NCBI GenBank assembly: GCA_030649735.1
Contig: JAUSFL010000049.1
Location: forward strand, 1 to 39,760
DNA from: Candidatus Iainarchaeum sp.
GTDB taxonomy: Archaea; Iainarchaeota; Iainarchaeia; Iainarchaeales; UBA10191
Direction: 5' to 3'
DNA: 39,760 bases
Below, one piece after another: positions 27,144 through 36,130 of this stretch. Position 1 is the first letter of the stretch, and the number at the start of each line of letters is the position of its first letter. The notes below the pieces were generated by a model. It did no database searches. It was not told the origin of the DNA and was given only the letters and a program-made list of their open reading frames with translations. The position numbers and the translations under genes were made by a program.

Positions 27144-27680
27144 ATGACGAAAAGCTTTAATTCTAAAATGAGATTTGTTCTAATTATGCTGTTAATTGCA
27201 GCATTGATTTCTGCAGGTTGTGTTGAAATGAATGAAATGAAAAGCCTGGAAATAATAGAGTTTTACTCTGACGGGGTTTTTGACGAGCATTACAGCAACA
27301 AGGCTTCAGAGCATTTTATCCTGGAAAAGAACGGAAAGCTTGGATTCAACGCTTACATTTGGGGAACCCCAATTGAACTCAACCATAATGATAGTTATGA
27401 CTGGAATGTTGAAGAAAGCACGCGAAAGCCGGTTTTTGAGAAAGTAGAAAAAATACTGAATGACAAGAATTATTTTGTTGACTTTAGGATTCTCCAGGAA
27501 AACGAGACAATAAACCATGGCGAAGGAAGCTATGTCCTCACTTATAAAATTGGCGGAAATTATCAAACTGCCTTTGTGATTGCGATTGAAGAAACCAATT
27601 CTTTCAAGGAGCTTGATAAAATCTTAAGGCCTTTGATGTCAAGCTTTGCAAAGAAAAGAAAGCCCTTCAATTTTCGCTGA
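27144..27680 (+). CDS. Putative lipoprotein
   Basis: MRFVLIMLLIAALISAGC lipobox. Confidence 0.7.
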   Translation: MTKSFNSKMRFVLIMLLIAALISAGCVEMNEMKSLEIIEFYSDGVFDEHYSNKASEHFILEKNGKLGFNAYIWGTPIELNHNDSYDWNVEESTRKPVFEKVEKILNDKNYFVDFRILQENETINHGEGSYVLTYKIGGNYQTAFVIAIEETNSFKELDKILRPLMSSFAKKRKPFNFR

Positions 27681-27698
27681 TTACTTGAAAAACAATGG

Positions 27699-27953
27699 TT
27701 AGAGCTTTTTGTAAATGTTTTTCCTCAAGCCCACCGAAAGCAGGGTTATTTTTTTAAGCTGGAAATTTATTGAAGAAATTACCCTAAATTTTCCAACCCG
27801 GGTTTTGTAAAGATTGAATCCTTCAAGCTTTTCGAAAAAAACCATTGGCTGTTCTGCAGCAAGCTCCAGCTTTCTGGAAATCCTTTCAATTTCGCTCTTT
27901 TGGAGCTTTTTAATCTCCTTGCTGAACTTTTTGGTCGGGCAAAGTTCAAACAT
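27699..27953 (-). CDS. RelE/ParE family toxin
   Basis: EKLEGFNLYKTRVGKFRVI...VGLRKNIY. Confidence 0.88.
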   Translation of the reverse strand: MFELCPTKKFSKEIKKLQKSEIERISRKLELAAEQPMVFFEKLEGFNLYKTRVGKFRVISSINFQLKKITLLSVGLRKNIYKKL

Positions 27954-28193
27954 TCAGACTCCCCATTCTTTCTTGGCCTGCTTCCAGCTTAAAACCCTGC
28001 CTGCTTTTACATCTTCCAGCGATTCCTGGATTTGCTTGATTTCATCATCGCTTAAAGGGTCGTCCTTGCAGGAATTTATGAGCCTTCTTATTACCTCGGA
28101 GTACGGCTCTTTTTTTGAATTCTTGAAAGAATCCAGGTCTTTCTTCACTGATTTTTCAAGCCTTATTGTAGTGGTTAAAGCAGCCAAAATCAA
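27954..28193 (-). CDS. Antitoxin (RelB-like)
   Basis: TTIRLEKSVKKDLDSFK...YSEVIRRLI...ESLEDVKAGRV. Abuts the toxin gene. Confidence 0.82.
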   Translation of the reverse strand: MILAALTTTIRLEKSVKKDLDSFKNSKKEPYSEVIRRLINSCKDDPLSDDEIKQIQESLEDVKAGRVLSWKQAKKEWGV

Positions 28194-28235
28194 TCACCAA
28201 TCTACTTGTGTATACAATAGTATATTAACGTATGC

Positions 28236-29276
28236 TTACTTGAACCACGCGCTTAAATCCTGCTGCGAGCCTTTCTCATTGGCTTTTGCCTCTAGCTTTT
28301 TCAGGACTGATTCAACGCGCTCGCGGTTGAAGTCGTGCTTTTCGCACAAGAACTCCAAGACTTTTTCGCGCTCCGGAAGCCTGAATTCAATATTGTAATC
28401 GCTTGTTGCTTCTGGCTTTAGGAAAATTTCCTCGATTTCCTTATAGTCAAACTCTGGCTTGAATTTCACTGTATCGCAAATGCTTTCAAAAGTATCGTGC
28501 TCTTGAACCAGTTTTAACGCTGTTTTTGGGCCGATGCGCGGAAACTTTTCATTAAAGTCTGTTCCAATTAGAATTCCAAGCCAGACAATCTTTTGCCTTG
28601 AAATTTTCAAGCCTTCAAGGTTTTTGCGCAAGTCAATGAATTCTGGAGAAATGTCAATGTAATAGCTTTTTCCAGGAACCTTGCGCTTTCCGGAAACAGT
28701 AATGTTGCGAAAGATTTTTGGAGCGCCAAAAAGCAGGCAGTCATAATCCTGGCTTACAACCCCGTAAATCTTTCCCTCGCTACACATTACGCTGATTTGC
28801 GCTTCGCCTTCCATTGGGGCTTCAATTACCGGAAAGCCAAGCGCTCTGATGAGCTCTTTGGCGTCAGAAAGCATTTCTTTTGTCAGTTTTAAGGCGCGCG
28901 AGCCTTGCTTTTTTGCCTCTTCCAAATCCCCGTCCTTTAAAGCCCGCTCGTGCTTTCCAATTGCTTCAGTGCGGATTTCCTGCCTTTTTTTGATTGTTTC
29001 AGCTTTTAAAAAATGCGGCTTGCCGTCAAAAACAAAAACAGGCCTTATTCCTTTTTCGAAAAGGTTTGTTGTCCTGTAAAGAATTCCAGTCAAATGGCTT
29101 GTGACATTTCCTTGCGAATCCATTAATGGAGTGCCGTCAGGCCCGCGAATGCTGCTCAAAAACTGGTAAATTATGTTGTAAGAGTCAACTCCGACTGTCT
29201 TGTTTGCCAAAAACTCAAGCTCTATTTTTTCCTTGTCCAAGAGCTCTCCAATTGCAGTTCCCAAAAAATCACTCAA
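28236..29276 (-). CDS. fen: Flap endonuclease 1
   Basis: YQFLSSIRGPDGTPLMD, PVFVFDG, EGEAQ, SQDYDCLLFG, GTDFN, IGPKTAL, C-terminal PIP box QQDLSAWF. Confidence 0.97.
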   Translation of the reverse strand: MSDFLGTAIGELLDKEKIELEFLANKTVGVDSYNIIYQFLSSIRGPDGTPLMDSQGNVTSHLTGILYRTTNLFEKGIRPVFVFDGKPHFLKAETIKKRQEIRTEAIGKHERALKDGDLEEAKKQGSRALKLTKEMLSDAKELIRALGFPVIEAPMEGEAQISVMCSEGKIYGVVSQDYDCLLFGAPKIFRNITVSGKRKVPGKSYYIDISPEFIDLRKNLEGLKISRQKIVWLGILIGTDFNEKFPRIGPKTALKLVQEHDTFESICDTVKFKPEFDYKEIEEIFLKPEATSDYNIEFRLPEREKVLEFLCEKHDFNRERVESVLKKLEAKANEKGSQQDLSAWFK

Positions 29277-29434
29277 AGAAATAGCTTGAATGAAGTAAAA
29301 AAAGCAGTATGTTTCATTAATGCGTAAAACATCCTGGAATTCTGCGTTTTTGCAAAAAAGCAGGATACTTTAACAAACATTTAAATACTAGCGGAGCTTT
29401 ATTTGGGGTTGGCTATTTTTCCAGGCCAGATATG

Positions 29435-29465
29435 CAGGAATGTTTATATATATCCTATGCGCATA
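29435..29465 (+). promoter_or_regulatory. BRE/TATA promoter with a downstream palindrome
   Basis: Purine-rich CAGGAA, then TTTATATA (29443-29450). TATGCGCATA palindrome at 29456-29465. Confidence 0.55.
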
Positions 29466-29475
29466 ATATTATTCT

Positions 29476-29603
29476 ACACAAATTTCGGTTTGTGTCGATA
29501 GAACTTAGTTTTGGTGAGCCTATCCCAATTTCTATCTAAGTTCGACCAACTCTCTCTAGTCTCGCGGTGCATTTGTGCCGCGGACTCTTTTTCCTTTACT
29601 TTT
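29476..29603 (+). ncRNA. Candidate structured small RNA or leader
   Basis: Three consecutive stems, the first with a UUCG loop, starting about 25 nt after a TATA box and ending in a pyrimidine tract. No family recognised. Confidence 0.5.
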
Positions 29604-29674
29604 ACTGGCCAGTAAAGCCTTCAGGCTGTGAAAAAGCAATTGCTTTTTTAACTCATTTTTTCCTTTCTCTCTTT

Positions 29675-30070
29675 ATGCGCTGTGAAGTTTGCGGAAAAGC
29701 TCTTTTTGAGAAGATTTCTGCAAACATTGACGGTTCCAGAATGCTAGTGTGCCCTGAATGCGCTGGAGCGCACGGTTCTGAAATTACCGAGTTTTCTTCA
29801 GCCCAAAGCGTTCAGCAAAAGCAATCCTTCAAGCCAAGCGCAAGGATTGGAATAAGTGAAGGCCTTGACTTAAAACAGGATTTTGGTTCGATTGTTAGAA
29901 AAAAAAGGCAGCAGTTAAACTTGACTGTCGAAGAGCTTGCGAAAAAGATTTTTGAAAAGGAAAGCATTTTGCACAAGATTGAAAACCAAAAGATAGTGCC
30001 TTCAGACTCCATGGTTTTAAAGCTTGAGAAAGCCTTGCAAGTTTCATTACTGGAAAAACTGCAGGATTGA
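29675..30070 (+). CDS. mbf1: Archaeal multiprotein bridging factor aMBF1
   Basis: MRCEVCG...VCPECA zinc ribbon plus HTH (LAKKIFEKESILHKIE...PSD...KLEKAL). Start set at ATG 29675. Confidence 0.9.
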   Translation: MRCEVCGKALFEKISANIDGSRMLVCPECAGAHGSEITEFSSAQSVQQKQSFKPSARIGISEGLDLKQDFGSIVRKKRQQLNLTVEELAKKIFEKESILHKIENQKIVPSDSMVLKLEKALQVSLLEKLQD

Positions 30071-31428
30071 TTTGCATGGCGTGGCTTGAAATTGCATTCT
30101 ATATTATACTGTTCCTTGCAGCCGGCTTTTCTTTCGCGTATTTCTTGAAAAGGCAGTTCAAAGCCCAAGTGTTTTTCAATATTTTCAGCATTGTGAAGAC
30201 AAAGAAGCCAATCCCGATCTTTGAAAAATTCGCAAAATTCAATAAATTCTGGACAGCATTCGCAAGGTTTGCGCTCATACTTGGTTTTGGAAGCATTGCA
30301 GTGGATTATCTTTTTGGAAGAAAGCTTTCGAAAGCAAAAAGAATCCTGCTGTTCGCTGTTTCATTCGTTGTGCTTTACACAATTCTATTTTACTTGCTGA
30401 GTGGCCTGCTAACTCCTGCAGCAAGCTCTAACTCAATTATTTTATTTTCAAGCTTTGCATTGTTTGGCTGCGCCGGGCTTTCAATTGTCCTGCTTGCAGT
30501 AAATGCCATCACAATAATTGAAAACTTTTTCACTGGCGCGAAGTCAATTCCCGGAGTCGCTCCATTGATTCCTGGACTGACAATTCCTAACGTGCCTTTT
30601 ACTGTCCCATTGCACGGCTGGCTTTCATTATTGATTATTTTGGTAGTGCATGAGGCAAGCCATGGAATTCTTGCAAGAATGCACAAAATCAAGGTCAAAA
30701 GCACTGGATTGCTCTTGTTCGGGTTTTTGCCAATTGGGGCTTTTGTAGAGCCTGATGAAAAGCAATTCAACAAGGAGCCTGACTCGAAAAGGCTTGATGT
30801 TTTGGCGGCTGGCTCAATGGCAAACTTTGCATTGTCTGCAATTGTCTTTGGAATCTACCTTCTGCTTCTAGCTTCTTTGATTGCGCCTTTTGCAAGCCAA
30901 AGCGTTGTTGTTTCTTCACTCGAGGAGTTTTCAATAATCAATGGGGTGAAGGAGAAAAACCCTGCTTTTGGAACGATTTTTGCTGGAGACATTATTCTTT
31001 CAGTCAATGGCCAGAAAATTTCAACTAAAAAAGACTTGCAGTCAATTGTTAAGCAAAGCAATGTCTTGCAGTTTGAATTAAAGGACGTCAATGGAATAGT
31101 GCGTTCTGAAACTATTGAAAAAAACAAGGCTGGAGTGATTGGCATCGTGTACGATCAGCAGATTGATGAGAGCAAAATAAATCCTTTAAGCCTGCTTTTG
31201 GTTGAATTCTTTTACTGGCTTTTCCTTTTGAACTTGTTTGTCGCAATCTCCAACTTCATGCCTTTGGTTCCATTTGACGGCGGCCAAATAGTAAAATTAT
31301 TGTTCCTGCCGTACGTTGGATTTTTGGGATTTAACCGCAAGGAGTCTGAAAAATTCATCAGCAGGGTTTTCATTTGGATAATGGGAATTCTAATACTAAT
31401 CAACGTGCTTCCGTTATTCCAGTTTTGA
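30067..31428 (+). CDS. Site-2 protease (M50) with PDZ domain
   Basis: HEASH, GAFVEPD, AAGSMAN, GDIILSVNG (PDZ), NFMPLVPFDGG. Confidence 0.93.
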   Translation: MICMAWLEIAFYIILFLAAGFSFAYFLKRQFKAQVFFNIFSIVKTKKPIPIFEKFAKFNKFWTAFARFALILGFGSIAVDYLFGRKLSKAKRILLFAVSFVVLYTILFYLLSGLLTPAASSNSIILFSSFALFGCAGLSIVLLAVNAITIIENFFTGAKSIPGVAPLIPGLTIPNVPFTVPLHGWLSLLIILVVHEASHGILARMHKIKVKSTGLLLFGFLPIGAFVEPDEKQFNKEPDSKRLDVLAAGSMANFALSAIVFGIYLLLLASLIAPFASQSVVVSSLEEFSIINGVKEKNPAFGTIFAGDIILSVNGQKISTKKDLQSIVKQSNVLQFELKDVNGIVRSETIEKNKAGVIGIVYDQQIDESKINPLSLLLVEFFYWLFLLNLFVAISNFMPLVPFDGGQIVKLLFLPYVGFLGFNRKESEKFISRVFIWIMGILILINVLPLFQF

Positions 31429-31461
31429 AAGCATTAAAAACTTTGAAGTGATTAATGGATT

Positions 31462-32187
31462 ATGCCTTTGAGAAAGCTTCATCAAAATGTGCTGTCTGCA
31501 AGAAAGCCCAAATTTGCTGAGAAAGAAACTAAATGGGAATTAAAAAGGCAAAGAAGGACTAAAAGAAGAATTCAATTTAGAAAAAAGCCATTGGCAGAGC
31601 CGCTAATAATTGCGCCAGTTAAAGAAAGGCAAGAAGCATTAAAGCATGGAAAAATGGTTTTTTACAATGGAAAGGAAAGAATAGAGATTCCGCTTGTTTC
31701 CCTGGATGAAGAAAGGCTTTCTGGAGTGTACTCTGTTAATGGAAGAATAATTGCCGCCAGATTTTTTACATTGGGCGGTAAGTCGCAATTTAGGATTTAC
31801 GAGCTAAGCCAAGGCATTGAAAGAGCAATGCCCGCCCTTGGTAACTGGCAGAACGTGTGGTCAGCCTTTTTTTCAGCAAACTCAGACCTTGCGCACATGA
31901 TATTGCCAATTGGCCTAAGAAAAACCAGCCTTGCCTTAAAGGTTGTGTCAAAGGCTGACAGGCACGTGCGTGCAAAACAGGAAGGCTATAATAGCATTCC
32001 AAACACAAGCAATGAATCTTTCAATCGCTTGTTCAGGAGATTGAAGTACAGGCCAAATAGCCGGGTGCCTTTTCTTGAAAAGCAGGGAAAAAGCAATCCG
32101 AAAGACAATTTGGACAATAACTTCAGGATTGAAGCCATAGACCCAAAGACTGGAAAGGCAAAAATGTTCACGTTTCCAATTGAATGA
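31462..32187 (+). CDS. Hypothetical basic protein
   Basis: 241-aa ORF with a K/R-rich N-terminus. No family recognised. Confidence 0.7.
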   Translation: MPLRKLHQNVLSARKPKFAEKETKWELKRQRRTKRRIQFRKKPLAEPLIIAPVKERQEALKHGKMVFYNGKERIEIPLVSLDEERLSGVYSVNGRIIAARFFTLGGKSQFRIYELSQGIERAMPALGNWQNVWSAFFSANSDLAHMILPIGLRKTSLALKVVSKADRHVRAKQEGYNSIPNTSNESFNRLFRRLKYRPNSRVPFLEKQGKSNPKDNLDNNFRIEAIDPKTGKAKMFTFPIE

Positions 32188-33294
32188 TCAATTCTTTCTT
32201 TTTTTCATTGCCTGCATTACGCGCTTTACTGCAATTTGCTGTGCCGCGCCGCGCTGGAAAATCCCTTGCTTTTCAGCAAGTTTTAAAGTCAGGTCAGTGT
32301 TTCGCACGACTTTTTCCTCAACCAGCTTGAACATTTGCTTTGGAGTTCCGTCCTTGAATTCAATGTAACTGCTGATTACTCCGCCAGCATTTGCCACAAA
32401 GTCCGGCACTATTGTAATGCCGCGCTCAAAAAGCTTTTGCTCTATTGAAATAGGCATGGGAATATTGCTTCCTTCAACCAGTATTGGGGCTTTGACAAAG
32501 CGGTAATTGCTTTCGTTAATGAAGTTTGGCACTGCCGCAGTGATTAAAACATCACATTCAATGCTTGCCAGCTTTCCGCTAACTCCAGTATAGCCTTTTT
32601 GGTAATAGTTTACGCTGCCTTTCTTGGCCTTTACTGCTGAAAGCTCCTTAAAGTTTAGCCCGTCCTCGTTCATTATGCAGCCTTGGCTGTCTGAAGTTCC
32701 AACAAGCAAAGCGCCTTTTTCTGTAAGGAATTTTGCAGCAAAGCTTCCCACATTCCCAAAGCCTTCAACAGCGATTTTTGCGCCTTTAATTTTTATTCCC
32801 TTGAATTTTAAAGCCTCAATTGTAGCGTGGTAAACTCCAAATCCCGTGCTTCCAAGCTCGTGCGGAATTCCATGCATTGATTTTGGCTTTCCAGTGCAAG
32901 CCTTTAAGTTTCCAGCGCCTTGCGCGAACCATTTCATTTCTTTCTCTCCCGTGTTCATGTCTGGGGCTGCAATGTATTGTGAAGGAACAACGCACTTTAA
33001 CGCGCGGGCAAAAGACTTGATTATTGCCTCTTTTTGCTTCAGGGAAATGCTTTTTGCATCGCAGAAAATCCCTGCCTTTGCTCCCCCAAAAGGCAATTCT
33101 GCCAATGCGGTTTTCCAAGTCATGATGCGCGCGAGCTTTGCGACTTCTTCAGTATTGACTGTTGCAGTCATTCTAATGCCGCCTTTTCCAGGGCCTAATG
33201 CAGTATTGTCAATCACTGCAACGCCGTGCATTCCAGTCTTTACGTCATAGACTTCAACAATTTTTTCCGGGCCTATATTATCAAACAATGGCAT
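32188..33294 (-). CDS. gdhA: Glu/Leu/Phe/Val dehydrogenase (glutamate dehydrogenase-like)
   Basis: GPGKGGIR, MTWK, LPFGGAKAG, APDMNT, GFGNVG, PDFVANAGGV. Confidence 0.88.
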   Translation of the reverse strand: MPLFDNIGPEKIVEVYDVKTGMHGVAVIDNTALGPGKGGIRMTATVNTEEVAKLARIMTWKTALAELPFGGAKAGIFCDAKSISLKQKEAIIKSFARALKCVVPSQYIAAPDMNTGEKEMKWFAQGAGNLKACTGKPKSMHGIPHELGSTGFGVYHATIEALKFKGIKIKGAKIAVEGFGNVGSFAAKFLTEKGALLVGTSDSQGCIMNEDGLNFKELSAVKAKKGSVNYYQKGYTGVSGKLASIECDVLITAAVPNFINESNYRFVKAPILVEGSNIPMPISIEQKLFERGITIVPDFVANAGGVISSYIEFKDGTPKQMFKLVEEKVVRNTDLTLKLAEKQGIFQRGAAQQIAVKRVMQAMKKRKN

Positions 33295-33345
33295 TCAAAC
33301 ATCACTGTTTTAGAGAAAGAATTCCAAGTTTATAAAATTAGCGCT

Positions 33346-33618
33346 TTAGGGCTTTTTACTGTGCAATTCTCTTCTTAAGATTGTAATTTTTTCTATCAAC
33401 TGCCTTTTTGATGGCTCATTGTTTGTGTTTATTGCATGCGTTAGCAGTACGTTGCATTGCCTAAGTTCGTTCCTTAATTCGGTTTCTGTTCTGGGCTGCT
33501 TGAACTGCATTTTTCCAGGTTCTTCTCTTGCCGGCTCTTTCTTTTTGCCCATTAATTCCTGGATCTTTTTTCTCGAGGCCGCAATTTCAGCAGGCGACAT
33601 TCTCTTGAATTCAGGCAT
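33346..33618 (-). CDS. Hypothetical basic protein
   Basis: 90-aa ORF overlapping the upstream ORF in operon-like fashion. Confidence 0.6.
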   Translation of the reverse strand: MPEFKRMSPAEIAASRKKIQELMGKKKEPAREEPGKMQFKQPRTETELRNELRQCNVLLTHAINTNNEPSKRQLIEKITILRRELHSKKP

Positions 33619-33865
33619 TGTCTCTTCCCAGAATTTGCTTGACTTTTTTCATGCGTTCTTGCAAGGGATTATTTTTGCTTGCTTTCAAATAATCCTCTAT
33701 TTCAAAAAGCTTGTTTTGAAAATCAAAAGGGTTTCCATTATGGGCTTTTCTAAGCAATTTAACTAATTCAGAATCTGGTTTTTCTTTGCCCAGCATTAGT
33801 TTAAGCTCTTTAAGCCAGTCTTTAAATTTTCCAGAACCAGAATCAATGACTAATTCTTCAAGCAT
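33611..33865 (-). CDS. Hypothetical protein
   Basis: 84-aa helical ORF downstream of the GTPase. Confidence 0.6.
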   Translation of the reverse strand: MLEELVIDSGSGKFKDWLKELKLMLGKEKPDSELVKLLRKAHNGNPFDFQNKLFEIEDYLKASKNNPLQERMKKVKQILGRDNA

Positions 33866-33902
33866 TCAATTTCACTTGCAAATACTTTGTTTGATGTTTT
33901 AC

Positions 33903-34670
33903 TTAAACCTTTATCTTTCCCTTTTGCCAGGCCTGGAATAGCATCATTGAGGCGTTTTTTTTGTCTGGAATTCCGCCTTTCAAAAGCTTGTTCTTTTTTT
34001 TGGCAAAGGCTTCCAAAAGCTCTTCAGCGTCAGCAGTTTCATCCAATCCAGTCAGGCTTTTCACTGCTTCAGGGTTTTCCTGCCTGAACCATTCGAAAAA
34101 CTTCACTGCATAGTGCTCTATGTCTCCGACCCTGTCAGGGTTTTTGCTTCCAATCAGCAAAAGCTTGAATGAATCATGCTCGCGGTATGGAATTACTCCT
34201 GGAGAATCCCACAAAGTGACTTTTGCATTCAGGCGGATCAATTGCTCTCCGCGCGTGAATCCTGCCTTTGAGCTTGTTCTTGCTGAATGCCTTCCTGAAA
34301 GAAAGTTAATGACTGAAGATTTTCCAGTGTTTGGAAAGCCGACAATTCCGACAACGCAGTTTTCGCCTTTCGAAAGCTTTCCAATCAAGTTGCGCAAGAA
34401 AGCGCTGCCGTGCCGTTCCACTGCTGAAACAAAAACTGTCGGGAATTCCTGCGCAAGCTGTCCCTTGATTTTGTCAGCAGTTCTTTTTGAAAGCAAGTCT
34501 GACTTGTTCAGAACTAAAACCAGCTTTTTTCCCTTGCGGATGACAGTTTGCTCAAGCTCCCGGTTTCGTGATATTTCGGGAAATCTAGCGTCTAAAATCT
34601 CGAGCACAATGTCGCTCTTGTCAATAATTCCATAAACCCTGTCGAAAAAACCGCCGCTCATAAAAATCAA
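33903..34670 (-). CDS. Circularly permuted GTPase (RbgA/YlqF family)
   Basis: LDARFP, NKSD (G4) preceding GFPNTGKSS (G1), GFTRG, DSPG (G3). Confidence 0.93.
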   Translation of the reverse strand: MIFMSGGFFDRVYGIIDKSDIVLEILDARFPEISRNRELEQTVIRKGKKLVLVLNKSDLLSKRTADKIKGQLAQEFPTVFVSAVERHGSAFLRNLIGKLSKGENCVVGIVGFPNTGKSSVINFLSGRHSARTSSKAGFTRGEQLIRLNAKVTLWDSPGVIPYREHDSFKLLLIGSKNPDRVGDIEHYAVKFFEWFRQENPEAVKSLTGLDETADAEELLEAFAKKKNKLLKGGIPDKKNASMMLFQAWQKGKIKV

Positions 34671-34888
34671 TAAAGCCTTTTTCCAGTTTTCAAGTCTTTA
34701 ATGTGGATTACATTCACTGGACAGCCTGAAGCCGCTGTTTCATTGCATCCTAAAATTTCCAAGTCGGTTTTCAAGCACTTGCTTTTTCCGTCAGAAGCCA
34801 TTTCCCAATTTTCAGGGCAAACTGCAGCGCAAGCCCCGCAGCTAATGCAACCTTCCCGGTCATGCTCTATCTTGAACTTTGCCATCAA
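34667..34888 (-). CDS. Single-cluster ferredoxin
   Basis: CISCGACAAVCP...CPVNVI. Confidence 0.9.
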   Translation of the reverse strand: MMAKFKIEHDREGCISCGACAAVCPENWEMASDGKSKCLKTDLEILGCNETAASGCPVNVIHIKDLKTGKRLY

Positions 34889-34953
34889 ACAACACCTCTC
34901 TGGGATTAATTAGGAAAACTTCTTTTTATATTTAGCCAGTTCAAAAGAAAGAA

Positions 34954-36024
34954 TTAGACTTCAATGATTCCTTTCTTTAACTTTCCGTCAAGTCCGCGAA
35001 TTGCGTACTTGCTTGCGCCTGAAGAGCTTTTTCCAGCCTCTCTTTCAAAGCGTCCTGCACGGTAAGGGCTTGGAACTCCTGAAAAAACAGCAATCACTTC
35101 GACTTTTCCTTCAAAGTTTTCACGCACTCTAGCGCCCCAAGTGACTGTTGCCTCTGGGCTGATGCGCTGCATTATCAATTCGCCAATTGATTTGGCCTCG
35201 TTAAGCGTCAAGTCGCTGCCGCCAGTAATGTTCAGCACTGCTCCTTTTGCTTCTGAAATGTCAGCATCCAATAAAGTATTGTTTAAAACATCCTGCACTA
35301 CGTCTCCAATCCTGTCTGTTGGCTCGCGGGACTCTCCAAAAGCCAAAAGCCCGACTCCATTATTGCTTAAAGCGCTTTTCACGTCGGCAAAATTCAAGCT
35401 GACTAAAGAAGGCTGTGTCAATGATTCTGTAATTCCCTTCACGGTTTTAGCAATCAATTCATCAATTACTTTGAAAGCGTCAGCGACCGGCAGTCCAGGA
35501 ACTAATTCTGCCAAGCGGTTGTTGTTGATTACGACTGTAGTGTCGCTTTTCTCGCTTAATTCCACAATGCCGTCTTCTGCCTTGAGCATTTTAGAGCGTT
35601 CCAAATCAAAAGGAAAAGTCACAATGCTGCAAACTAAAGCGCCTTGCTGTTTTGCAACGTCTGCAATAATTGGCAAAGTTCCGGTTGATGTTCCGCCGCC
35701 CATTCCGCCAGTCAAGAACAAAAAATTGATTCCTTCAAGGATTTTCCCAAAAGACGCCCTGGAAGTTTCAGCAGCCTTGATTCCTTTAGTAATGTCTCCT
35801 TTTGTCCCCATTCCTTGAGTAATGCTTTTTCCAATCAAAACCTTGATCAAGTCGTCGCTAATGACGCCTAATTGCTGCTTGTCAGTGTTTACAGCCACTA
35901 AACCGCAGCTGCCGTCAATGCCTAAAAAGTTCATTCTATGGACTGTGTTCCCTCCGGCTCCGCCAACTCCAATGACCAAAATCTTTGGCGCCCCAGAATT
36001 AAGAGTTTCTTGAGAAGAATCCAT
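34954..36024 (-). CDS. ftsZ: FtsZ family protein (FtsZ2-like, divergent GTPase motifs)
   Basis: GVGGAGGN, AVNTD, GGMGGGTSTG, FPFDLER, NNRL, FADV, ITGG, WGARV. Confidence 0.9.
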   Translation of the reverse strand: MDSSQETLNSGAPKILVIGVGGAGGNTVHRMNFLGIDGSCGLVAVNTDKQQLGVISDDLIKVLIGKSITQGMGTKGDITKGIKAAETSRASFGKILEGINFLFLTGGMGGGTSTGTLPIIADVAKQQGALVCSIVTFPFDLERSKMLKAEDGIVELSEKSDTTVVINNNRLAELVPGLPVADAFKVIDELIAKTVKGITESLTQPSLVSLNFADVKSALSNNGVGLLAFGESREPTDRIGDVVQDVLNNTLLDADISEAKGAVLNITGGSDLTLNEAKSIGELIMQRISPEATVTWGARVRENFEGKVEVIAVFSGVPSPYRAGRFEREAGKSSSGASKYAIRGLDGKLKKGIIEV

Positions 36025-36130
36025 GAAAAAACCGTTAAGTATTACTCAAAGCAAGTATAAAATACTTGCTTAAATAAAAACTCAAAAACGCGAAAAGAAT
36101 AAAAACAGCAAAACTCTAAAACTTCAAGCT

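Noticed and set aside
29567-29674. N-terminal extension of aMBF1 given by the ORF track
   Set aside because: The family begins at the CxxC zinc ribbon (ATG 29675), and the extension overlaps the hairpin and T-tract.
29277-29674. Replication origin in the large intergenic gap
   Set aside because: No repeated ORB-like boxes seen and no adjacent cdc6/orc1. A promoter plus hairpins explains it better.
35141-35818. Long antisense ORFs (e.g. 225 aa opposite ftsZ, 27814..28398, 34120..34635)
   Set aside because: Shadows of well-supported genes on the opposite strand, with no motifs of their own.
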